From Polymyxa betae A26-41 (lineage: Eukaryota; Protista; Endomyxa: Phytomyxea): 64,000 nucleotides of DNA. The notes under the pieces were generated by a model, which was given only the letters and a program-made list of their open reading frames with translations, was not told the DNA's origin and made no database searches. The position numbers and the translations under genes were made by a program. The DNA is taken from positions 9,170-73,169 of the forward strand of contig RBZT01000754.1 of the NCBI GenBank assembly GCA_003693705.1, given 5' to 3'. Positions 47,342 through 58,103 of this stretch are shown here, piece by piece (the stretch's first letter is position 1; every line of letters starts with the position of its first letter).

Positions 47342-49921
47342 AGAAACGTCCGCAAAGTAGGGTAATCATACGTTTGAGTTTGAAAAACAACGTTGCGGAC
47401 TTGGAGAAGTGCGCGGGAGAATTTGCGGGCGCAGCCTTCTAATGTATCTTCAATCGAAAGTTAAAATGGCCTACAAGATACGTTTGTACGATTTTGGAAA
47501 ACTACGCTAGTAGCAGCCCGTTTGCTGCGTCCGTAGAATTGCTAGAACTCGGTCTCCACCATTTCCTGGTCGTCTCTGGATCCTTTTATTCACGTCAAAA
47601 TGTCTGGAGTTGGAAAAGATTGCGTCGAAGTCCAACCAAGTGCTGTTTCAGCTCGGGCTGCTCCGATTAGTCCCGAACTCTTGGAAGGCCTTGTAAAGGC
47701 TTACCAGCAGCATTTTTCCGAATTCTGTAAAAGTAAATAAATCATTTTCCGTCTAAAACAACGATATCATTTGCGTTTATTATAGAATTCGGCAGACGTC
47801 CCAAACGATTAGCAAGGTCTGGGAAAGCGTGATGAAAGACGTCTCCGAAGCGTTTTTTGATGAAAAGAAATCACCGACTCGAAACCGATCCGTCAGATGA
47901 AAGATAATTTTTGTGGATATTTGAAATCGCTCAACACCGTTACCGCGAACGTGGAAAACGATGCCAAGCCTGAATTGAAAAACATCGAAATTCTTACAGG
48001 GCTAAAGGAGTCTGATACCTACCGTTCTAGGGTCGTGCAGCAAACGCGTTCGACCTGATTACAGGCCATTCTCCTAAACGGCCAAAAAGGGACACGAACA
48101 AGGTCGTTAGTAATAGTTCTGACGGCGCCAACGATTTTGAGCCCGAGCCTGATATCGATATGACTAAGAAAGAGAGTCGTTCACGGTCCACGATAGGACT
48201 TGAGTCTATAGCGAATAATTCCCTGTCGCAAACCAGGTTACTATGAAGAAAGCGTCACAGCTCCAAACGCGTTTAAAAAATGAAATGCTGAACAAGGCAG
48301 CTTTGGAAGTCCTAATTTTGAAAAAGCAACACAATTTGCTTACTGAAGAATTCCAGGCTCAAACAAATTTGCTTAATTAGCCGGGGCTCTTTATACCACC
48401 ACAATAAATCAATTTCGCTTCCTCTTCATCATCTCCTTCCCAAGCGCCGCCATCAATAAGACCTAAATCAATCAGCTGAAGATTAATTCTTCTCCGATGT
48501 TGAAAATTCGTTAGAATGCAGCAACAGCGCATGATGATGTCGAATTTGGGCCGTCGATTGGAAATGTACATTGTAGGATTCGCCATTTCATCTTCAATCC
48601 TCCGATACCCCATTCCACCTGGAAACGCTTGCCAGCATGAAGTTTGTTGAATGCATTCAGCACCGGTCCATCAATCCCTACATCTTCCCTTTGGTCCACT
48701 CGGCGCATTATAAACATGTCTGCCCCGATATATCCAGCTGCATCGTATTTAGTTAAAACCGGAATAAAAATTCAGCTTTCTTACGGTCTCCCAACAGGTA
48801 TTCAAAATAATCTTCATCGCCGACCGTGAAGTGATGACGCCAGTTACGATACAGATCGGATTGTTTGAGAATGGTGTCGTTCTGATATGATCCAGCGTAA
48901 CCTGGGTCAATGTAGATAATCAATCCATCATGGTCCACTGCAATGGTGTTGTTAAAGCCATAGATCTTTTTTCGCCTGGTAATATTTGCCGGGCGGTGGA
49001 TCTTCACCAGAGTCCCGTCTATGAACCCGAGGCAACCATAAAAGAAAGGTTCTCTAAGCGCTAGCTCACGGCGTCTCTGCTCGTTTGGCCATTGGATTTC
49101 GTTAGCCAACGTGCGATTTATCAACTCAGCGATAAAGATAGAGTCATCACATGCAGAAGATCTGGAGAAATCCATCGCGCTGCTTCATCACGACACGCTT
49201 GTTTCTACATACAGCTGAGAATGGCTGGAATGCAGAAAAAGCACATTTACATTTCGCAGAAACAGAACTGTAGCTGGAAGTCTCTGCTCGACAGTAAGTT
49301 TCGGAGGGCGGCCACTTTTAATATGCTGCTCTCCCGTTAGACGCGAGGTATTGGCTATAACAGGAAACATGACATCACAAAGCTCCTGGAAATTTATTAG
49401 ACATCTTATAAACTACACAGATATTTCACTAACACGCCACTGATTCAAAGTGAAACCAGAATGGTTATAGAATATGGACGCAGGTCCAGAAACGATCCTT
49501 TCTAGAACATCATAAACAGGATGACGGATGTCAACGCTGAAATCTCCTTCAAGATGAACCTGCAGTTTGTCGTCATCGAGATCTTGCAATTCTAACGCTA
49601 GGGCGCATGCTTGCGCATTCAAGTTATGACTTGACACAAAAAACGATATATCTTGCACCAGAGCGTAGTCGTCCTCGCTGGTTTCGCCATCAGAAAACCC
49701 AACCGGATCAACGAGGGCTTGATTCATGTTGGAGTCGTAGCAGCAGCGTCCAGAGCGAGCGAACAAGCGACAGCAAAACCGACGGAGTCCGTAGAGCGCA
49801 GCCTAGTATCAACGTAACTTTCAACATATGTTGTATTAGAGCGACTTTACGGACGTTTTTGGTTTGAAAGTAACTTTGGAAAAGGGCGTGAGAAAGATAC
49901 GTTGACTTTGCGGACGTCACT
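47342..49921. mobile_element. Complete PIF/Harbinger-superfamily element with 17-bp TIRs
   Basis: TIR AGAAACGTCCGCAAAGT / reverse complement AGTGACGTCCGCAAAGT. Flanks AAT and TAT. Partner on + (~47600-48380) converges on the transposase on -. Confidence 0.9.
48377..49728 (-). pseudogene. Harbinger transposase with two introns (48738-48784, 49386-49433)
   Basis: GRPPKLTVEQRL; GCLGFIDGTLV; VDHDGLIIYIDPGYAGS. Splicing yields YLLGDPGYIG and QWRELCDVMFP. QVEWGIGGLKMKW. Confidence 0.9.
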
Positions 49922-50547
49922 TATGCAGCCTGACATTCTGACGGTAATTCCACAATAAGAGATATGCACAGTTGGATTTCAGTATATCCCTCAGAGGCTG
50001 AGGCTATCTGAGGACGATGAAATTATAAAGATGGAATCGTTCTTTGAGTATCTCCCTGCTACATGGATGAGAAGATTGTCTCCCGCAACTTGGATTATTC
50101 ATAATCATATCAACCATCGAGAACTCGATAACCGCACTAGCAACGCTCTGGAGACTTACAACAGGCATCTGAACCACATGTTCACAGGAAAGGGTCATCC
50201 GAATATTCTTGAGGAAGTGCTCGAGAAGTATCAAGATCGCCAGGCCGGGCGAGTAAGGTCACCAAGACACGATTCAACATTTTTACCAGATTCAGCTAAA
50301 ATCTCAGTCGATTATCGAGCATTCCGCCTGATTAATCTCTTGCTTGCCGTTCAATTCAAATTTCAAAAAGGAATGAGATCCTTCAGATTCGGTTGATCTA
50401 AACACTTGCAGGTATGTTCAGAGGCTGTTCCAGCTGTTGCACCACTCTCGCAAGAACCCCAATAAGATAGATGCTGGAGATAGTGTTGTCAAATAGTAAT
50501 GTTATTATCAATTCTAATTTCTTCCAGGGTAGCTCCGCGGTCCATGA

Positions 50548-50743
50548 TGTTGGATGCTATAAAAGTAGTTGTTTTTAAGAGCAGGAGACGTTTCAATTGT
50601 AATCCAAAAAATGGAAGTGTCTGTATTTCTGTAATTAGTGTTGGATTTGAATCTTGAGGTCTTGACCGGAAGAGGCCATCCAACAATTGGTGAGTCACTG
50701 ATGAGAAGCAAGACGCTTGTCATTGACTAATTTGATTCCAATA
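50548..50743 (-). repeat. Copia LTR (TA...CA) with PPT at 50744-50752; homologue of 58104-58285
   Basis: Minus strand reads GAGGGGGCG|TATTGGAATC...CATCCAACA and aligns with 58104-58285. Confidence 0.85.
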
Positions 50744-50759
50744 CGCCCCCTCAGTTAAG

Positions 50760-52300
50760 TGGTCGTAGAACTCTTAGCTGGATACGATGAATGGAGTTGG
50801 CCATCTGAATCGGAGCGCTCTATTTCCGCTCAAGTAATTCCTGGCTTCGACGGATGTGTAGGGTTTATCGACGGCACGCTTATACCAATCAGGCGTCCCT
50901 CCAATGTTGACAGTGATAGACCATGGTATCATGGACGAAAGTCCATGTATTGCTTAAACATAACGGTGGGGATTGATCACCGTGGTTTATTTATTTACAT
51001 AGACACTGGATATAGAGGATCCTTTGATGATGTAAACTGCCTTCGGCAGTCTGATCTTTACAACAACTGGCGACATACTTCACTCACCGCGATGATTATT
51101 TTGAATATTTATTAGGCGATCCTGGTTACGTGGGAGAGATGTTTATAATGCGGCGAATAGGGCGCAAAGAGATCCCTGAAGACGGCAACGTAGATGTGAT
51201 TGACGCTTTCAACGCTATGCATGCGGGATACCGCGTTCGCGTTGAATGGGGCATTGAGGGTTTCAAACGAAAATGGAAAATATTCATGAAGACGTTTGAA
51301 TCATCACGAGAAAGATTTCCTCATCTTTTTCGCAGTGTAGCAATACTGACCAACTTTCAGCAACGACGACCACTGGATATGACCGCTGAATTGGAGGAAG
51401 GCCTGGAACAGAATATTGGCTGGGATGTTGCAGAATAAACGACCAGAACGCTAAGTGTTGATAGTCGCTATGTGTTGATAGTCGGGAATAAATTTATAAT
51501 TACAACACCAACGCTCGCGCCTTAGCGTTGAACTCCTCCTGCTGGAGGAGTCCAAGCTCCAGCGCCTGCTTCAGTTTCTGCAGTTGCACCAGAACTGTTT
51601 GGTGTTTAATTAAATTCTCTTGAGCTCGGCGGGACTGAGCATAATTTTCGCTGATTTTGGATATAGAATCAGCCTGCTCACTGAGAGTTTGGGATTTGGT
51701 TTTAGGCCCCTTTTTTGATGGAGTTGTGGACGTGTCCCTCCTTTTGGCGGTTGATTCTCCTTACTGGACATAAAACTGCCCATAATTTTTTCTTGCTTTG
51801 CCAGCAAGTTTCGTTTAGCATGAGGATTGCCGGCTTTGATTTTTTTTCACATGTCCGAAGACTGAAGAGAAATTTTTCCAGACGCATCGTCGGAGTCTCC
51901 AGTTTGAGGCCGATTTTATCGGCTCGTATGTGAGCCTTCAGCCCTTTTTCGATGATGGTGCAATCAGGATATTCATTTTTATATTCAGAGTGTATCTGCA
52001 AAGAGAATCAATTTATCATTGCAACGCGTGTTGGTGAATTGCCACCTTAGGCCATATTTCTTTCGGGATGACCTGTGTTCCAGCTTTCTTGCGGCCATCT
52101 GACCATTCTGCATAGAATAGTCGGTGTGCTGCAAGTAATACGCTGGTTTAACTTAATCCACGACTTCTCTAACAGTAAATTTCATTTTTTTACAGGGTGG
52201 AGAACTGTCTGGACCCAGAGCTGATGCTGATTCTTCATTGCTAAGATCAACAGCTGCTGTAGATGACATATCAAATACAATATCAACTTGGTTCATATTG
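50760..52300. mobile_element. PIF/Harbinger element (transposase + 50760-51438; partner - ~51498-52270)
   Basis: GCVGFIDGTLIPIRRP, WYHGRKSMY, GDPGYVGEMFIMRRIG and RVRVEWGIEG. The partner ends LQKLKQALELGLLQQEEFNAKARALVL*. Confidence 0.9.
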
Positions 52301-53033
52301 ATATTTTTCAGCAAAAGTTTGCTAGAGTCGAAAGTCTGTGGAACAGTTTGAGGGAAGTTTTATTGGGCTTTGAAAAGTTTGCAGGATCTTTATCAATGAC
52401 TGTAAGCACCCGGAGGCTTCCCCGACTTTTTGAGATGAAAAGTCTTTCACTCACAGACTTTTAACGCCTTTTGCGGACATCTTTAAAATATTAGAATTTT
52501 CGATCAATTCCAACATCAGTTGAAAGAATGAATTTAAGTTCGCATTTTCCCGCAACCCCCCTGGATGCATAAATTCTTTCGCATCAAAACGCTCCATAAT
52601 GATATTGTCAATGGCCCTAGCTTGAGCAGTACATGTGGAACAACATGCGATACGAAATGCACTGGGAGCGTCATAAACATTCATTCAGGGAATTTGCTGC
52701 AAAGGCATTAACAATGTGGTTTCGGTGCGACATGCTCTTTTACCGTTTCCAGCACGATTAAAGCTTTAATCAATTGAATTTGAAGTTGTTGAAGTTGCGT
52801 CCTTCCAATGATGGTGCAAAAACATTCCGATACTGTAGCATATCATAGAACCTATATAATGCTTTCTGGAAGGATTTTGCATGCATGATTCTTCCGAATA
52901 GCCTTCTCGTCAGAAATTTAACAAAGCATGGAACATCAAATACCACAGCGCGTTCTAATCAAAATCCCTGAAGACTGGTACGGATTGAATCAATGGGGAT
53001 CATAAAAAAATTATTGGTTTTATAAACTTGCAG

Positions 53034-53202
53034 TGTTGGATATAGTGATGATTCTCACTTTGAGGGCTCATGCGCCTTTAGCCAAAGCCCAAGGTAAAGA
53101 CGCTCGCGATCCCTGGTTTCGGGCAACCTATTTGCCAGCGTTCAGCCTCACGGGCGTCAACACCGAAAACGAGACCGCTGCCACCAGACACACAGTCCAA
53201 CA
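53034..53202. repeat. Solo-LTR-like segment
   Basis: Terminal inverted repeat TGTTGGA...TCCAACA, GC-richer than its flanks. No TSD. Confidence 0.5.
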
Positions 53203-53892
53203 TTTCTATCAATGTCTTACTGACATTCTTGCAACGTTTCATTTCTGATCATTCAGATGATAACAAGGAAGTTACTCCTAGATGATGATTGATATCTGAC
53301 TTGAATTAGCGACTGGGATCATAACCGGTTCCCAAAAGCTTGTTAAATGCATCAATCCAGAAAACCCTGGGATCTTGAAGGGATGTTTTAGATCCGTGGA
53401 TCTGCTTTATGGTTTGAATATCTGCCTTTCCCATCGCACAGCTGAATTCTTTCCAGATGCTTTCCCATTTCATAACTTGCCCACTATAATCCTAACAATA
53501 TCGTTGACCAGTAGGATAAAAATTGACACGCTTTGTAACTAGTGTAGCTGCCGCAATTTCTGCTTTGAGTACATTGCTGGAGCCGGCTCATTTTAGTTTA
53601 ATCCCAAGCAAGGTGGGATGATGACTGTTGGTCTCAACGCGCGTTTTATGCAAAAGCCGGTTTGCAACATCGAACTCCTTGCATCTTGCAAACACATGCT
53701 CCAACGATAGTGCTGGATCCAGCCTTTTTGGAGACTTTAGCCCAAGCAGCAAAATCCGCCATGCTATTCTGTTCAACCATCAGATTTGAATCGTATAACA
53801 TTGTTACTGTGAGCAACCTGGAGCTGGAAGAATAAAAATCAATAGCCCCTACTGTTTATCATATTCAGTTTATAAGTAATTAATGTCAAGAG

Positions 53893-54032
53893 TAGGGGTT
53901 ATCAAAGTTAAAAGAACTCAGAGTTTTAAGATTCGCATCACCCTGGGGGATTCGCATCGATTTGATTCGAATCTCACTCTAGATTCACCTCATGGAGGTG
54001 AATCTATTCGGAGATTCGAATCTCGGAATTGT
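53893..54032. repeat. Probable DNA-transposon end (hAT-like) with GATTCG/GAATC repeats and palindromes
   Basis: Starts AGGGGT, with repeated GATTCG and the palindrome TAGATTCACCTC-atg-GAGGTGAATCTA. Confidence 0.45.
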
Positions 54033-54034
54033 CG

Positions 54035-54922
54035 CGTTGACCATGTTATTGCTATGGACGAAACCTTCATCAGGTTTCACGAGGCTGATGATCCGGTACT
54101 CGTGCCGCAGGGTAAGAAGCGTGTTGCAGGAACGTCTCGTCCGCACGATCCAAAGTCTGGTGTCACGCTTGTCGTCGCAGCCGACCTGTCGACATCGTCG
54201 TTGTTGCCCGCTTTCATCATGGGCACTGCAAAGTTTGGTGCCACTCTAATGAAACAGTGGGCGCACTATAGTAACAGTGCCGTGGTTTTCAATAAAAGCC
54301 AATGAATGACGCAACAAATTGCGATCATGTTTTTACATTTTCTGACCGTCCAATTATCTAATCGATCAATAGGTAACAATTTGAAATTCCAAGCAAATTG
54401 TATTGAATTTCGTCGGCAGGTTTGATATGGGAGCGTGCATCAACCCATTACGGCGCTGATATTGAGGAATGGCTGCAACAGTATAATGCCTCGCATCCAG
54501 GGAGCCATATTTACGTTAAGTTTATTGCTGAAGGGATGACCTCCGTTATGCAAATAAGAAAGTCTCGCTAATCAACTTGTTAATTCAAAAAGATTTGAAG
54601 GTTGGCGACATCGCCATTAATAAGCAACTTAAATCCTATATCTTGAAAAAACGAAAACCTGCGTTAAAGCCGCATCGCAGACATTCCTGTTGGAGCTAAA
54701 TTTGCAGTCAGCCGCGATGAGCTGATATCGCTCATCGAAAACGCGTACGCCCGATACGATTCGGAGCATACAAAACGTCGAACGGTCGCAAGGACATTCG
54801 GGCGTTGTGGCCAAGACCCCTTTATCGATGAAGATATAGCTCTCAAACGACTTGAAAAACATTTGAATTCATTAGATGAATGTAGTTTTTATCAAGCCAT
54901 TGCAGCCCTTGATCTCTCTTAA
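54035..54922 (+). pseudogene. pogo/Tc1-mariner-like DDE_1 transposase, 5' truncated, two short introns
   Basis: AMDETF...GKKRV...K.GVTLV; GLIW(D>E)RASTH; GMTSVMQ|VGDIAINKQLK; TFGRCG. Confidence 0.8.
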
Positions 54923-55289
54923 ATTTGAGCTTTTTTGTAACATAATATATTTTGTTTACTGATAGCGTTACAGTTAAACGTTACCATCATGTTTGTGTCT
55001 GGTCTTTTCCTCAAAACACCATGTCACAGAGAGACCACAGTTCCGGAGAAGCCTCAATATTCTAGCAGAGACCAGGAGCTGGACCCCTGGTTAGTTATTT
55101 TGTGGTCTACGGTAATATTAAGGTACTTCGTTTCCAATCAGGTTCGAATCTTAGTTATGCATCAGATTTATGCGTCCGTCATCTGGAGCCATTGCATGCG
55201 CATTTTGTCAAACTAAATACGCTGTTTTTGGGAATTCAGAATTTTATATTATTTTTTTAGAAATCTGATACACTCCCATCCTTAAAATA

Positions 55290-56010
55290 GTAGTACTCGT
55301 TGCCGATCCGCTGGGAAAAGCCTTGCGACACGAGCCTGGCTTTGTATCGCTCAATGCTGCCGTCATGGTTCGTTTTGGTTTGTATACCCATCGTGACTCG
55401 ATTGCTTTTCGTCCAGAGGGGAGTTCGCAGAGTGTCCAAGTGCCGTTCTTGATCAGCGAGTCGAACTCTTGATTCTTCGATAGTTGCAAAGGCTGAGAAT
55501 CGTTTCGGCTGATGACGTCTTCATACGTTGATGGTTCCGTGATCATCAGGGCTGTGTGCGTTGATTTCTCTACCTTTGGCACCAGATTACGATCGCGTTC
55601 GTCTTCCTGGCAGTGTTGATTACGTGTTGGCTTCGCGATGATGGGTGCGGACGTGCGTTGCTTCGGTTGTGCAGAGTTCGTCTGGGCGTAAAAGGGTCTT
55701 CGTCAACGGGCATTCTTCGTACTTTCCTGGTTCGTTGGTTAGTAATCTCGTCCATGTCCAATGCTTGGTTTTTTGTGCTGTCAGATGAGACGTGTTCGCT
55801 GGAGAGTGTCGATGATGTCGTCGCTGTGACAGTTGATTTCTGGGCCGAAGTCGCCACGATGTCGTTGAGGGCACTGAAGGTGTTATTGAAAAATCCTCTC
55901 CCTTGCTCTCGAAGATATCTTGGACGATTGATGGGTTTCTTGGTAGAAGAAGTTCGTCACAGGAGACGTCGCGGCTGATGATGATCCTTCGAATCGTCTC
56001 GTCCTGTCTA
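55290..56010 (-). pseudogene. Copia linker/RT N-terminal fragment
   Basis: IIISRDV; EPSTYE..EFDSLIKNGTWTL..LPSGRKAI..RWVYK; YKARLVSQGFSQ. Confidence 0.85.
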
Positions 56011-56769
56011 GTCGCTGGTAACCTTTCTGCTGTGCACGCAGCGAGCGAATCTGAAACCCGATCTGACCCAGGGTAGGGGGTCGCGCCCCGACTGTGACGG
56101 CCAGTCGCTTCCAACGATGCTGGCCGTCACTGTTTTAAATCGCCTATTTAAAGTGATTATCCGATTTATCTAAAGAAAACAATTGGATCATCTTTTACCG
56201 ATTTAGCTTGATCCGCAGCCGCCTGTGTTTGAGGGGTCCTTGTTTGCCTGGATTCCATTGAGTTATTACTTGCGATTGACTAGCTGAGCGCTCGGCAGAG
56301 CAGCATAAGGTTAAAACGCGATGTTGCCAAACAAGGACAAGAATGAAAGTGAAGTCGAAAACAACCTTCACGTCTATGCACGTTGTGACCTGTTTTCGAG
56401 CTATATTCAGTTTATTGGAAACAAAACATCTTCATCGGTAAGTCGCTGGTGGCTAGCGATCATCGAAGAGTATTTTTCTACTTTAAAGATTTATTAACTT
56501 TCTACAAACCCAACGGATGCAAAAAGTTATCCGCAATGAGTACAATCCCATCGTTTGTTTGAAATTGCATTAAAACTCTACTTTCGTATTTCGTTCAATA
56601 ATGTGGAGATGAAATATAATACGATTTTTTATTATCACTTCGGGGATTCGCTGCGAGTGTGGCAGAATAAACAGCACCAACGTCGACGACAGGAAGAGCA
56701 GCAGACCCTAACAACCACTATTATGGACAATTCAATTGGCTGCAAAATTGTGTCTTACATAGGTTTTGG

Positions 56770-58103
56770 GAGATACTAATAAAGCCTTGGAAATCGGGTT
56801 TGCGACGCTGCTCCTTCCTTCGTTTAGCGGGCCTTGTTGAGAGTTGACGTAAGGGTCAATTGCCGCTTGACATGCTGGTTAGGGGAGATTTTCATTGGCT
56901 GGAATCCAGAGAACGCCTGCTGCTCACGAGTCCCAATCCTATCGCCATTCGACCCTGCGAGACACGTTCTCAGTTCCTGGATTAAACTAATGAAGTTACC
57001 GTAATCGAAGCTTGCAGAATTCAAAGCGCATGCCTCTTCATTTAGGAGATGCACTTGCGCCAAGAATTCTGCCCGCGATGAGTCCTGTTTTGGCGCCTCC
57101 TGCACGAGAGTTTCTTGGAGTTCTTCATTAGCAGCAGCCTGGGAAGCGCTATTGGCACCAGCCACAATCTCCAGATCTGCTGGGCTCAGGAGTCCTTTCG
57201 AAGTTTTGCGGTTCTTCGTTGCTTTTTTGGTGAAATGCAACTCATCCAACAACTGAGCTTACCTCCGAAACCAATGTACGTTCTTGTTTCTTCAGAATTC
57301 CTGACCATGAAAGTTCGTGCGCCGATGGCATCTCCAGGAATCTGTTCAACCCTATCGTCAGGGATTTGAACGCCTTTCTTAATTCGGGTCTTTAAAACGG
57401 GGCAGATTTTGATTTATTTTCCTGTCAGTCTCCTATTACAAACATCATACAGCTCTATCAAACAAAGCAAATTTGACCTGAGATATTTGTTGTAATATGA
57501 CTCTTCGACGTCCATAAGCAAGCAGCTAACCTGAGACCGGGGGATTTGCGGTTCCGCAAGCGATCTTGACTGGCTTCGCTCCAACATCAGCAGCGGCTCG
57601 GCGTAGATATTTTGCTTGCCCTTCCTGAATTTATATTGGAAAAACCTATGTCAAGATTCGCAATGTCCAGTAGTGTCTGGCATATCAGAGTCACGATAAC
57701 AGGCCGCCCATGCTTTTGGGCGATTGGCATAATTATCTACAAAATTCTTGATAAATTAATCTTTATTTACCTCCCATTTTGCTACGAATCCTGCGAGCTC
57801 CTCAGGGAACGATTCCCGATCTCGCATCATTCGAAGATAGCAAAGCTGCCTGTTCATCTCGTTCCTGTTCTCGCGAGCCCGAAGTTTTTCTTGTAGCTGA
57901 AATGCAGAGTTCAAAGATTTAATAACCAAAAGGTTGCGAACTTACAGCTTTTTGGCAGTTCTTTTCAATATGCCAAATTGCGACACTGCGCCAATGCTAA
58001 CAAAAGGGTTTCAAGTCAAAACAGCCGGAAGATATTCGAAAGCTGAGGTCCCCCAATCCCTGAACCACGTTCCGATGGAATTGCGTTTCGGACATGCGTC
58101 ACC
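56770..58103 (-). pseudogene. MULE transposase C-terminal half (intron-containing), cut by a Copia
   Basis: IWHIEKN (cf. VWHVHKN at ~32950); WAACYR...TTGHCES*H. GT-AG introns. Low-complexity C-terminal ORF 56824-57252. Confidence 0.6.

Larger units (their letters stand above)
47090..50460 (+). pseudogene. MULE transposase copy 3, split by a Harbinger insertion (47090-47341 and 49922-50460)
   Basis: DFERALMTAIK...QTIHKL | (MQ)PDILTVIP...RTSNALETYN. The halves rejoin colinearly with copy 1. Confidence 0.88.
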
